Positions 1 to 8,885 of a stretch of DNA of 64,000 bases are shown piece by piece. Numbering within the stretch: the first letter of the stretch is position 1; every line of letters begins with the position of its first letter. A program made the translations under genes and the position numbers. The notes below the pieces were generated by a model. It worked only from the letters and a program-made list of their open reading frames with translations. It had not been told where the DNA came from and made no database searches. Where the stretch lies: positions 16,790 through 80,789 of the forward strand of contig JAZNZH010000049.1 in NCBI GenBank assembly GCA_045594845.1. The letters are read 5' to 3'. The DNA comes from Faecousia sp. (GTDB taxonomy: Bacteria > Bacillota > Clostridia > Oscillospirales > Oscillospiraceae).

Positions 1-1
1 T

Positions 2-127
2 TTGGCTTATACTAACAGTATTGACGGCGACTATGTTCTGCCGATGCTCCTTGCTAAATTGGTGGCAGGTTTGGCGGCGGTGGCAGTGGCCCTGTTCCTG
101 TATAAGCGCGCTTATAAAGAAGACTAA
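2..127 (+). CDS. 3' end of a membrane protein, probably EutH-family ethanolamine transporter (partial, runs off the window)
   Basis: Frame 2 reads LAYTNSIDGDYVLPMLLAKLVAGLAAVAVALFLYKRAYKED*, resembling the EutH C-terminal PM..GKL..G..A..VA helix. Only 41 aa are visible. Confidence 0.55.
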   Translation: MAYTNSIDGDYVLPMLLAKLVAGLAAVAVALFLYKRAYKED

Positions 128-208
128 CAAATACCGTAAGCTTATAACTTTACGAAAAATGGCAAGTATGCTACTATGGTCCAAAAATAAGGAAGGCAGG
201 TTGTGTTT

Positions 209-982
209 ATGGAAGTTTTGAAAAATAAAATCGGCTTTATCTGCGATATGGACGGTGTTATCTATCACGGCAACCGGGTGCTGCCCGGTGTGCAGGAGTT
301 TGTAAACTGGATGATCGATAATGATAAGCGTTTTGTGTTTCTTACCAACAGCTCTGAGCGCACCCCCCACGAGCTGAGTATGAAGCTGGCCCGGATGGGT
401 CTGGATGTTTCCCCCGACCATTTCTATACCAGCGCCATGGCTACGGCGGAGTTTCTCTGTTCTCAGAAGCCCGGCTGCACCGCCTATGTGATCGGCGAGG
501 CAGCCCTGACCAAGGCCCTTTATGACCAGGGTATCTATATGAACGATGTGAACCCAGACTATGTGGTCATGGGCGAGACCCGGACTTACAGCTTTGAAAA
601 GCTGGAAAAGGCCATTGATCTGGTGCGAAAGGGCGCAAAGCTGATCGGCACCAACCCGGATATCACCGGCCCCAGTGAGAAGGGTATTATCCCCGCTACC
701 GGCGCCTTGATCGCTCCTGTGGAGATCGCTACCGGTAAGAAGGCTTATTTTGTGGGTAAGCCCAACCCCTTGATCGTCCGACACGGCCTGACAAAATTAG
801 GTTACCACGGCTCCCAGATCGCTTTTGTGGGCGACCGGATGGACACGGATATCATTGCCGGTATCGAGTCCAATATCGACACGGTGCTGGTGCTTTCCGG
901 TGTGACTTCCCGGGAGGATATCGACCTTTATCCCTACCGTCCCAAGTATGTGCTGAACGGCGTGGGTGATATTATCAAATGA
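209..982 (+). CDS. HAD-IIA family hydrolase (NagD-like phosphatase)
   Basis: Motifs DMDGVIY, LTNSS, GKPNP and GDRMDTDI; ATG at 209. Confidence 0.92.
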   Translation: MEVLKNKIGFICDMDGVIYHGNRVLPGVQEFVNWMIDNDKRFVFLTNSSERTPHELSMKLARMGLDVSPDHFYTSAMATAEFLCSQKPGCTAYVIGEAALTKALYDQGIYMNDVNPDYVVMGETRTYSFEKLEKAIDLVRKGAKLIGTNPDITGPSEKGIIPATGALIAPVEIATGKKAYFVGKPNPLIVRHGLTKLGYHGSQIAFVGDRMDTDIIAGIESNIDTVLVLSGVTSREDIDLYPYRPKYVLNGVGDIIK

Positions 983-985
983 CTG

Positions 986-1014
986 AAAAGTCCGGGATCA
1001 GACCCGGACTTTTT
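986..1014 (+). terminator. Rho-independent terminator
   Basis: AAAAGTCCGGG-atcaga-CCCGGACTTTT followed by T. Confidence 0.85.
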
Positions 1015-1018
1015 CGGC

Positions 1019-1047
1019 TTGAACTCGGAGGAAAACTTTGTTATAAT
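1019..1047 (+). promoter_or_regulatory. SigA-type promoter for the XRE operon
   Basis: TTGAAC-17 bp-TATAAT with extended -10 TG. Confidence 0.75.
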
Positions 1048-1079
1048 AACCGGAGAAGAAACCGTTTCAGGAGGCAAAA

Positions 1080-1730
1080 ATGAACGACGAAAAACTGAAA
1101 CTGCAAATAGGAAACAATATCGCATCCTACCGTAAGCAGCGGCGCTGGACCCAAGCAAAGCTGGCAGAGTTGCTGAATTATTCCGATAAAGCCGTTTCCA
1201 AGTGGGAGCGGGGCGAGTCTATGCCGGATGTGACCATTCTGGTGCAGCTGGCGGAACTGTTTGAGGTGACGGTGAACGACCTTTTGGTGGATCCCGATGC
1301 TGTGCCGGAACACGAAGCCGGTGTGATGGAGCGGGCGGTTGGCCGCGCTGCAGAAAAGGCCTTTAAGCGCAAGGCAGACAAGCGGGTGATCCTGCACCTT
1401 TCTGGTCTGCTGGTTTGGTTGGTGGCGCTGCTGTGCTTTGTGGTGCTGGATGCGCTGAATGTGGAAAAAGGCTGGATCGCTTTTATCTACGCCATCCCTG
1501 CCGACGGCGTTGTGCGGCTAAGCCTGCGGTCTGCCTGGCGGGATTTTCGAAGAAACCAGACCATTATTTCCCTGATCCTTTGGGGCAGCGTTCTCAGCCT
1601 TTACTTATCTTTCCTGATCTTTGCAGGCTGGAATATATGGAAGCTGTTCCTGCTGGGCATTCCCGGCCAGCTGGCGGTGTTCCTGTGGTTCCGTCTGTAC
1701 CGCAAGAACCGGGAGGAGAAAAATGGATAA
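1080..1730 (+). CDS. XRE-family HTH regulator with C-terminal transmembrane domain
   Basis: N-terminal TQAKLAELLNYSDKAVSKWERGESMPD HTH, then about four hydrophobic segments. Confidence 0.88.
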   Translation: MNDEKLKLQIGNNIASYRKQRRWTQAKLAELLNYSDKAVSKWERGESMPDVTILVQLAELFEVTVNDLLVDPDAVPEHEAGVMERAVGRAAEKAFKRKADKRVILHLSGLLVWLVALLCFVVLDALNVEKGWIAFIYAIPADGVVRLSLRSAWRDFRRNQTIISLILWGSVLSLYLSFLIFAGWNIWKLFLLGIPGQLAVFLWFRLYRKNREEKNG

Positions 1731-2256
1731 AAAAGAATTGCGCAAGGCAATCCGCCTGAAAAAGCAGGCAATGACTGGGGAAGATATCCGCCGGCGCAGC
1801 GCATCCCTGACCTGGCAATTTCAGCATACCGCCCAGTACCGGGATGCAAAGGCTCTGTATGCGTACCTGCCTTACAATCAGGAGGTCCGCACCGAGGATC
1901 TGATCCTCCAGGCGCTGGAGGACGGCAAAAAGGTAGCAGTGCCCAAAGTGTACGGCGATGAAATGCGGTTTATCTACATCAATGATTTTGAGGATCTGGA
2001 CGAGGGCTATGCCGGTATTTTTGAGCCGGTGAACGATGGCCCTGTGGCAGATGACCCTACGGCCCTGGTGCTGATGCCCGGCGTGGCATTTACGGAAGAC
2101 GGCAAGCGTATCGGTTACGGCGGCGGTTTTTACGATCGTTTCCTGACGAAAGAGCCCGCCCACCCCACCGTGGCGCTTTGCTACGATTTCCAGGTGGTGG
2201 AGGAACTGCCCACCGAGGAATTTGATATTCCCGTGGATCTTGTGATCTGGGCATAA
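1723..2256 (+). CDS. 5-formyltetrahydrofolate cyclo-ligase
   Basis: MDKKELRK start after GGAGG SD; PGVAF...RIGYGGGFYDRFL and DIPVD signatures. Confidence 0.93.
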   Translation: MDKKELRKAIRLKKQAMTGEDIRRRSASLTWQFQHTAQYRDAKALYAYLPYNQEVRTEDLILQALEDGKKVAVPKVYGDEMRFIYINDFEDLDEGYAGIFEPVNDGPVADDPTALVLMPGVAFTEDGKRIGYGGGFYDRFLTKEPAHPTVALCYDFQVVEELPTEEFDIPVDLVIWA

Positions 2257-2267
2257 GGAGAGAAAAT

Positions 2268-2882
2268 ATGCACATTCCCAGCGGGACAACCGACACTTTG
2301 GAGCTGGTGCCGTTTCGGCAGGCCCTGGAGGCAGCCGGTGTGGAGAATCCTGAGTACGATGTGAATAATTGGCTCTATGTACCGAATTTCTATTCGGAGT
2401 ACCGGTACATATTAGGCACCCGGGGCAAGAATCCCCTGATCTGCATCGGTATCAATCCCTCCACTGCAAAGCCTGATGACCTGGACAATACCCTCAAAAG
2501 TGTGGAGCGGATCGCCCATCACAACGGCTTTGACAGCTTTATTATGTTCAATGTCTACGCCCAGCGGGCCACTGACCCGGATACGATGGAAAAGCAGTGC
2601 AATTACCTGCTCCATAAGGAGAACATGGAGGCCTTTTCTTATGTGCTGTCCATCTCCGAAAAGCCGGCAATTTGGGCAGCCTGGGGCACGATCATCGAAA
2701 AGCGGGAGTATCTTCCCCTGTGCGTAAAAGATATGATCGAGATAGGAAAATCCTACGGCGCCACCTGGCACTGTGCAGGAAAATGCAGCAAAAAGGGACA
2801 TCCCCACCACCCCCTGTATCTGCGAAAGGATGAGCTTTTAAAGCCTTTCGATGTGGAGGGGTATGTAGGAGAAATGTTATGA
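2268..2882 (+). CDS. DUF1643-domain protein
   Basis: YRY.L, IGINPSTA...DNT, N.Y..RATDP, AWG and PHHPLY motifs typical of DUF1643. Confidence 0.8.
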   Translation: MHIPSGTTDTLELVPFRQALEAAGVENPEYDVNNWLYVPNFYSEYRYILGTRGKNPLICIGINPSTAKPDDLDNTLKSVERIAHHNGFDSFIMFNVYAQRATDPDTMEKQCNYLLHKENMEAFSYVLSISEKPAIWAAWGTIIEKREYLPLCVKDMIEIGKSYGATWHCAGKCSKKGHPHHPLYLRKDELLKPFDVEGYVGEML

Positions 2883-3391
2883 AATTTGTGATCGCTTCCG
2901 ACATCCACGGCTCTGCATTTTGGTGCGGCAAGCTGATGGAGGTACTGGAACAGGAAAAACCGGATAAGCTGATTTTGCTGGGAGATATCCTGTACCATGG
3001 CCCCCGGAACGACCTGCCCCGGGACTATGCCCCCAAGCAGGTGATCCCTATGCTTTCAGATTGGATGGATAAGATCCTCTGCGTCCGGGGCAACTGCGAG
3101 GCAGAGGTGGATCAGATGGTGCTGCCTTTTCCTTGTATGGCGGATTATGCCGCGGTGGAGGGGGAGCAGTCCTTCTACCTGACCCACGGCCATCTGTGGA
3201 ATCCGGAAAACCTGCCGGCGCTGCCTGCGGGTACGGTGTTTTTGTTCGGCCATACCCATGTGAAAACGGATCAGGTGGTGGATGGCATCCGTTGCCTCAA
3301 TCCCGGCAGCGTATCCATTCCCAAGGACGGCAGCCATAGCTGCCTGGTGTACGAAAACGGTCAGTTCCGGTTTGTGACCCTGGAGGCGTAA
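2879..3391 (+). CDS. Metallophosphoesterase, YfcE/MJ0936-type phosphodiesterase
   Basis: SDIHG, GDILYHGPRN, VRGNC, THGH, GHTH and NPGS motifs. Confidence 0.92.
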   Translation: MKFVIASDIHGSAFWCGKLMEVLEQEKPDKLILLGDILYHGPRNDLPRDYAPKQVIPMLSDWMDKILCVRGNCEAEVDQMVLPFPCMADYAAVEGEQSFYLTHGHLWNPENLPALPAGTVFLFGHTHVKTDQVVDGIRCLNPGSVSIPKDGSHSCLVYENGQFRFVTLEA

Positions 3392-3392
3392 T

Positions 3393-3566
3393 ATGGAAAA
3401 TCAGTGCGATACCTGCTGGTATTTCGATTATGATGAAGAGTATGACGAGTACTACTGTATGATGGATCTGGACGAGGATGAGGTGTACCGCATCGCAACC
3501 TCCCGGTCGGGGCAATGCCCCTATTACCGTCAGGGTGACGATTATACACTGGCAAGAAAACAGTAA
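3393..3566 (+). CDS. Small acidic Cys-rich protein, 57 aa (DUF6472-like); absent from the ORF track
   Basis: GGAGG SD then MENQCDTCWYFDYDEEYDEYYCMMDLDEDEVYRIATSRSGQCPYYRQGDDYTLARKQ*; a terminator follows directly. Confidence 0.8.
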   Translation: MENQCDTCWYFDYDEEYDEYYCMMDLDEDEVYRIATSRSGQCPYYRQGDDYTLARKQ

Positions 3567-3575
3567 TTTCATAGA

Positions 3576-3609
3576 AAGCTGCGGAGTAAGGGCTGCTCCG
3601 CAGCTTTTT
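3576..3609 (+). terminator. Rho-independent terminator
   Basis: AAGCTGCGGAG...CTCCGCAGCTT followed by a T run. Confidence 0.8.
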
Positions 3610-3790
3610 GTGTTATTTACACAGAAGAAACACTTATTTCGGGATAAATTTATCGATTATTATTTACTGAAAAGCCTTTTCTTTTGACTGCGGATATGGT
3701 ATAGTAAAAATAACTATGGGGTTTTATCGGCTGTAGCAGAGGCAAAGTGCCAAAAAGTGGCAAAAATCAAGGGTTTTTCTGTTGCAGCAC

Positions 3791-3820
3791 TCGACAAAAT
3801 GACAGTAGATATGCTATAAT
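3791..3820 (+). promoter_or_regulatory. SigA-type promoter of the fumC-hdr-flx-frd operon
   Basis: TCGACA-18 bp-TATAAT with extended -10 (TGcTATAAT). Confidence 0.65.
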
Positions 3821-3851
3821 AATTTATTGCAAAGAGTGAAAATGACGGAAA

Positions 3852-3869
3852 GTCGAAAATATTTTCGAC
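3852..3869. promoter_or_regulatory. Perfect 18-bp palindrome, candidate operator
   Basis: GTCGAAAAT|ATTTTCGAC between the promoter and the fumC SD. Confidence 0.6.
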
Positions 3870-3886
3870 GGAAAGGACGTAAGGCT

Positions 3887-5263
3887 ATGGAATATCGCAT
3901 TGAGCACGATTCTATGGGTGAATTACAGGTGCCTGCCGACAAGTATTGGGCAGCCCAGACCCAGAGGAGTTGTCAGAATTTCCGCATTGGCGTGGGGATC
4001 GAGACCATGCCCCGGGAGATCACCCGGGCTTTCGGCATTCTGAAGAAGGCGGCGGCAATGGCCAACCACGCATTAAAGCCTGAGAAGATGACCGATAAAA
4101 AGTGCGAGGTGATCTGCAAGGCTTGCGATGAGGTGATCGCAGGCAGCCTGAATGACCACTTCCCTCTGGTGGTGTGGCAGACCGGCTCCGGCACCCAGTC
4201 TAATATGAATGCCAACGAAGTGATCGCAAACCGCGGCAATGAACTGGCAGGGGAGAAGCTGCTTCACCCCAATGATGACATCAACATGTCCCAGTCCTCC
4301 AATGATACCTTCCCCACCGCAATGCACATTGCCGCTGTGACAGCTATGGAGGACGCGGTGATTCCTGCAACCAAGAAGCTGATTGAGACCCTCCTCCGTC
4401 TGGAAAAGGAAAATGAAGGCATCGTTAAGTCCGGCCGTACCCACCTGCAGGATGCCACTCCCATCTCCTTCAGTCAGGAGATCTCCGGTTGGCGCAGCAG
4501 CCTGGAGCGGGATGTGGAGCTGATGGAGCTGGCACTGAAGCCTCTCCGGGAACTGGCACTGGGCGGCACTGCCGTTGGCACCGGCCTGAACACCCCCAAG
4601 GGTTTCGATACCCAGGTGGCAAAGGCAGTGGCTGAGCTTACCGGCAAGCCCTTTGTGACTGCCGGCAATAAGTTCCATGCTCTGACCTCCAAGGATGAGC
4701 TGGTGTTTGCCCACGGAGCCCTGAAGGCACTGGCTGCTGACCTGATGAAGATTGCCAATGACGTCCGCTGGCTGGCTTCCGGTCCCCGTGACGGTCTGGG
4801 TGAGATATTCATTCCTGAGAATGAGCCCGGCTCTTCCATTATGCCCGGCAAGGTGAACCCCACGCAGTGCGAGGCAGTTACCATGGTGGCCGTGCAGGTC
4901 ATGGGTAACGATACCGCTGTGGGTCTGGCGGCATCTCAGGGCAATTTCGAGCTGAACGTATTTATGCCGGTGCTGGCATACAATTTCCTCCAGTCCGCAA
5001 GACTGCTGGCACAGTGTATGGTCTCCTTTAATGATAACTGTGTGGTGGGCATTAAGGCCAACCGGGAGAAGATGCACCACAACCTGCATAACTCCCTGAT
5101 GCTGGTCACCGCCCTGAACCCCTACATCGGCTACGAGAACGCAGCCAAGACCGCAAAACTGGCATATAAGGAAAATATCTCCCTGAAGGAGGCTTGCGTG
5201 AAGCTGGGCTTCCTGACGGCGGAAAAATTTGATGAAGTGTTCCATCCGGAACAGATGATTTAA
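3887..5263 (+). CDS. fumC: Fumarate hydratase class II
   Basis: [35 protein letters not shown] and [11 protein letters not shown] signatures. Confidence 0.96.
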   Translation: MEYRIEHDSMGELQVPADKYWAAQTQRSCQNFRIGVGIETMPREITRAFGILKKAAAMANHALKPEKMTDKKCEVICKACDEVIAGSLNDHFPLVVWQTGSGTQSNMNANEVIANRGNELAGEKLLHPNDDINMSQSSNDTFPTAMHIAAVTAMEDAVIPATKKLIETLLRLEKENEGIVKSGRTHLQDATPISFSQEISGWRSSLERDVELMELALKPLRELALGGTAVGTGLNTPKGFDTQVAKAVAELTGKPFVTAGNKFHALTSKDELVFAHGALKALAADLMKIANDVRWLASGPRDGLGEIFIPENEPGSSIMPGKVNPTQCEAVTMVAVQVMGNDTAVGLAASQGNFELNVFMPVLAYNFLQSARLLAQCMVSFNDNCVVGIKANREKMHHNLHNSLMLVTALNPYIGYENAAKTAKLAYKENISLKEACVKLGFLTAEKFDEVFHPEQMI

Positions 5264-5278
5264 GGAGGTAGTGAACCG

Positions 5279-6058
5279 ATGGTATTTAGTTATTACCCCG
5301 GATGCACCCTGAAGACCAAGGGTAAGGCGCTGGACATGAGCGCCAGGGCCTGCGCAACCGCGCTGGGCTTTACTCTGGAAGAGCTGCCCGAGTGGCAGTG
5401 CTGCGGTGCTGTGTATCCCAACGCCACCGATGAGATCGCAACCAGACTGTCTTCCACCCGCGCGCTGGCTAATGCCAAGGCAAAGGGTCAGGAGCTGGTC
5501 ACCCTGTGCTCTGCTTGCCATCATGTGATCAAGCGTGTCAACGGCGATCTGCAGAAGAACGAGGATATTCGCTTCAAGGTGAACAACTACCTGAAGCTGG
5601 ACACCCCCTACGAGGGTGAGACCACCGTGCTGCACTACTTAGAGGTACTCCGGGACCGTATCGGCTTTGATAACCTGAAGGCAATGGTGAAAAATCCGCT
5701 CACCGGCCGCAAGGTAGGTGCATACTACGGCTGCATGCTGCTGCGTCCCGGCAAGGAGATGCAGATGGACGATCCGGAGAATCCCACCATTTTGGAGGAT
5801 TTCATTCGGGCCATCGGCGCAGAGCCTGTGTATTACGCACAGCGTAACGAGTGCTGCGGCGGCTATCAGACCCTGGAGAATAAGCCTCAGGCTGAAAAGC
5901 GCGCCACCGCTGTGGTGGACAACGCCGCTACCGCCGGCGCTGAAATGCTGATCACCGCTTGCCCCTTGTGCCTGTACAACCTGGCACAGAATGCGCAAAA
6001 TCCTCTGCCTGTGAAGTACTTCACTGAACTGCTGGCTGAGGCTCTGGGCCTTGAGTAA
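5279..6058 (+). CDS. hdrB: Heterodisulfide reductase subunit B-like protein (two CCG domains)
   Basis: YYPGC...CCG...CSAC and YYGC...CCG...CPLC. Confidence 0.92.
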   Translation: MVFSYYPGCTLKTKGKALDMSARACATALGFTLEELPEWQCCGAVYPNATDEIATRLSSTRALANAKAKGQELVTLCSACHHVIKRVNGDLQKNEDIRFKVNNYLKLDTPYEGETTVLHYLEVLRDRIGFDNLKAMVKNPLTGRKVGAYYGCMLLRPGKEMQMDDPENPTILEDFIRAIGAEPVYYAQRNECCGGYQTLENKPQAEKRATAVVDNAATAGAEMLITACPLCLYNLAQNAQNPLPVKYFTELLAEALGLE

Positions 6059-6067
6059 GGAGGAACT

Positions 6068-6454
6068 ATGGAAACAAAGAATCTGACCCAAGAGGTAGTC
6101 CGGATCTCCGGTTCCAACCCCAAGAAATGCATGAAGTGCGGCAAGTGCTCTGCTACCTGCCCCGCTTATAACGAGATGGACTTCCATCCCCATCAGTTCG
6201 TGGATATGGTGATGAACGGCCGTATCGAGGAACTGGTAAATTCCCGTGGCATCTACAACTGCCTGAGCTGCTTTGCCTGTATGGAGCGCTGCCCCCGCAG
6301 CGTAGAGCCTGCACGGTTGATCGAGGCAGTGCGTGTGGCTGTGATCCGTCAGAAGGAGAACAACCACCTAAAGCCCGATGCCATCCCCGGTCTGCTGGAC
6401 GAGGAACTGCCCCAGCAGGCGATTACCAGCGCCCTGCGCAAGTATGCGAAATGA
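6068..6454 (+). CDS. hdrC: Heterodisulfide reductase subunit C-like protein (2x[4Fe-4S])
   Basis: CMKCGKCSATCP and CLSCFACMERCP; lies between hdrB and hdrA. Confidence 0.9.
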   Translation: METKNLTQEVVRISGSNPKKCMKCGKCSATCPAYNEMDFHPHQFVDMVMNGRIEELVNSRGIYNCLSCFACMERCPRSVEPARLIEAVRVAVIRQKENNHLKPDAIPGLLDEELPQQAITSALRKYAK

Positions 6455-6465
6455 GGTGAAGCAAA

Positions 6466-8457
6466 TTGCAAAGAATTGGTGTATTTGTATGTTGGTGCGG
6501 CTCTAACATTGCCGCTACCGTAGATGTGCAGAAGGTCTCCGATACCCTGGCTAAGGAGCCCGGTGTTGTATTTTCTACCAACTATCAGTATATGTGCTCC
6601 CAGTCCGGTCAGGAAATGATCCAGGAGGCAATCCGTGAGCATCGTCTTACCGGCATCGTGGTTTGCTCCTGCTCCCCCAGAATGCACGAGACTACCTTCC
6701 GCAAGACCGCGGAGGCTGCCGGCATCAACCCCTATATGGTGGAGATCGCTAACATCCGTGAGCAGTGCTCCTGGGTACATAAGGACAAGGAAATCGCTAC
6801 TGAGAAGGCTGTGGTCCTTGGCCGCGCTGCCATTGCGAAGGTCCATCTGAATGCTCCCCTGACCGCAGGTCAGAGCCCCGTTGTCAAGCGCGCTCTGGTC
6901 ATCGGCGGCGGTATCGCAGGCATCCAGACCGCTCTGGACATTGCCGATGCCGGCTTCGAGGTGGACATTGTGGAAAAGAAGCCCACCATCGGTGGTAAGA
7001 TGACCCAGATCGATAAGACCTTCCCCACACTGGACTGCGCTGCCTGTATCCTGACCCCCAAGATGGTGGATGTGGCACAGAACGATAAGATCCGTATCTT
7101 CTCCTACGCAGAAGTGGATTCCGTCAAGGGCTTCGTGGGCAACTTCAATGTGACCATTCGCAAGAAGGCCCGTTTCGTGGATGAGACCAAGTGTACCGGT
7201 TGTGGCCTGTGTACCGAGAAGTGCCCCCAGAAGAAAGTTCCCAATGAATTCAACCTGGGCCTGGATACCCGTCGCGCGATCTACATTCCCTTTGCACAGG
7301 CTGTGCCTAAGGTGGCGACCATTGATGCTGACTACTGTACTATGCTGAAGACCGGCAAGTGTGGCGTCTGCTCCAAGGTCTGTACCGCCGGCGCGATCGA
7401 CTATAAGCAGACCGACTCCCTGGTGGAAGAGCAGTACGGCGCTATCGTGGTGGCTACCGGCTTCAACCCCATTTCCATGGATAAGTTCGACGAGTTTGCA
7501 TACTCCAAGAGCCCCGACGTGGTCACCTCTCTGGAGTATGAGCGCCTGATGAACGCAGCTGGCCCCACCGGCGGTACACTGCTGCGTCCCTCCGACGGAA
7601 CCCATCCCCACACCATCGTGTTTGTGCAGTGTGTCGGTTCCCGTTGCGACGGCGGCGAGAAGGGTAAGCCCTATTGCTCCAAGATCTGCTGTATGTACAC
7701 TGCAAAGCACGCAATGCTGACCCGTGAAAAGTACCCCGATACCGAGGTCTATGTGTTCTATATCGATGTCCGTACCCCCGGCAAGAACTTCGATGAGTTC
7801 TACCGCCGCGCTGTGGAAGATTACGATGTCCACTATGTCAAGGGTATGGTAGGTAAGGTCACTCCCGAGAACGGCAAGCTGAAGGTGCAGGCATCCGACC
7901 TGCTGGGCAATCAGCAGATGCATATCGATGCAGATATGGTGGTGCTGGCTGCTGCCATCGAGCCCGATGAGACGGCCCGTCCTCTGGCTACCATGCTCAC
8001 CGCTTCTATGGATACCAACGACTTCTTCACCGAGGCACACCCCAAGCTGCGGCCTGTGGAAAGCCCCACCGCAGGTGTGTTCCTTTCCGGCGCTTGCCAG
8101 GGTCCCAAGGACATCCCCGAGACCGTTGCCCAGGCCGGCGCGGCTGCAAGCAAGGTCATTGGCCTGCTGGTGAAGGATCATCTGACCTGCAACCCCTGCG
8201 TTGCCAAGTCTGATGAGATGATGTGTAACGGCTGTTCCAACTGTGAGAAGGTCTGTCCCTACGGCGCTATCAGCTATGCCGATAAGGAATTCCGCGGTCC
8301 CAACCGCACCACTCTGATCCGCCGCGTGGCATCCGTCAACCCGGCAGTGTGCCAGGGCTGCGGTGCTTGTACCGTGGCTTGTCCCAGCGGTGCTATGGAT
8401 CTGCAGGGCTTCTCCAACAGTCAAATTATGGCGGAGGTTGATGCAATATGCAAGTAA
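6466..8457 (+). CDS. hdrA: Heterodisulfide reductase subunit A-like flavoprotein (electron-bifurcating type)
   Basis: RIGVFVCWCG, IGGGIAG, KTFPTLDCAAC, YCSKICCMY and ferredoxin motifs; TTG start. Confidence 0.95.
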   Translation: MQRIGVFVCWCGSNIAATVDVQKVSDTLAKEPGVVFSTNYQYMCSQSGQEMIQEAIREHRLTGIVVCSCSPRMHETTFRKTAEAAGINPYMVEIANIREQCSWVHKDKEIATEKAVVLGRAAIAKVHLNAPLTAGQSPVVKRALVIGGGIAGIQTALDIADAGFEVDIVEKKPTIGGKMTQIDKTFPTLDCAACILTPKMVDVAQNDKIRIFSYAEVDSVKGFVGNFNVTIRKKARFVDETKCTGCGLCTEKCPQKKVPNEFNLGLDTRRAIYIPFAQAVPKVATIDADYCTMLKTGKCGVCSKVCTAGAIDYKQTDSLVEEQYGAIVVATGFNPISMDKFDEFAYSKSPDVVTSLEYERLMNAAGPTGGTLLRPSDGTHPHTIVFVQCVGSRCDGGEKGKPYCSKICCMYTAKHAMLTREKYPDTEVYVFYIDVRTPGKNFDEFYRRAVEDYDVHYVKGMVGKVTPENGKLKVQASDLLGNQQMHIDADMVVLAAAIEPDETARPLATMLTASMDTNDFFTEAHPKLRPVESPTAGVFLSGACQGPKDIPETVAQAGAAASKVIGLLVKDHLTCNPCVAKSDEMMCNGCSNCEKVCPYGAISYADKEFRGPNRTTLIRRVASVNPAVCQGCGACTVACPSGAMDLQGFSNSQIMAEVDAICK

Positions 8458-8885
8458 ATGAAACCTTTACCCCCACCATTGTGGCGTTCTGCTGCAACTG
8501 GTGCTCCTACGCAGGTGCTGACCTGTCCGGTACCAACCGACTGAACTATCCTGCCAACGTTAAGATCATCCGCATTCCCTGCTCCTGCCGACTGAACCCT
8601 ATGTTCATTCTGCGGGCCTTCCAGAGAGGTGCGGACGGCGTGATCCTGTGCGGCTGCCACCCCGGCGACTGCCACTACACCACCGGTAACTACTATGCCC
8701 GCCGCCGTATGACCCTGCTGTTCTCTATGCTGGACTATATGGGCATTGAGAAAGAGCGCACGCGCGTAGAGTGGGTCTCCGCCGCAGAAGGCGCAAAGTT
8801 TGCCGCAACTATGAACGACTTTGTGGCCACCGTCACAAAGTTGGGTAAGAACAAGAGATTGGAGGATCTGCGATGCGCGAAATGA
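8448..8885 (+). CDS. flxD: MvhD/FlxD-type [2Fe-2S] subunit
   Basis: AFCCNWCSYAGAD, PCSCR, GCHPGDCHY and VSAAEG motifs. Confidence 0.92.
   Translation: MQVNETFTPTIVAFCCNWCSYAGADLSGTNRLNYPANVKIIRIPCSCRLNPMFILRAFQRGADGVILCGCHPGDCHYTTGNYYARRRMTLLFSMLDYMGIEKERTRVEWVSAAEGAKFAATMNDFVATVTKLGKNKRLEDLRCAK

Noticed and set aside
3738-3775. GGCAAA-containing small inverted repeat upstream of fumC as a riboswitch
   Set aside because: No GACGCAAA partner or convincing stems; it lies upstream of the best promoter candidate.
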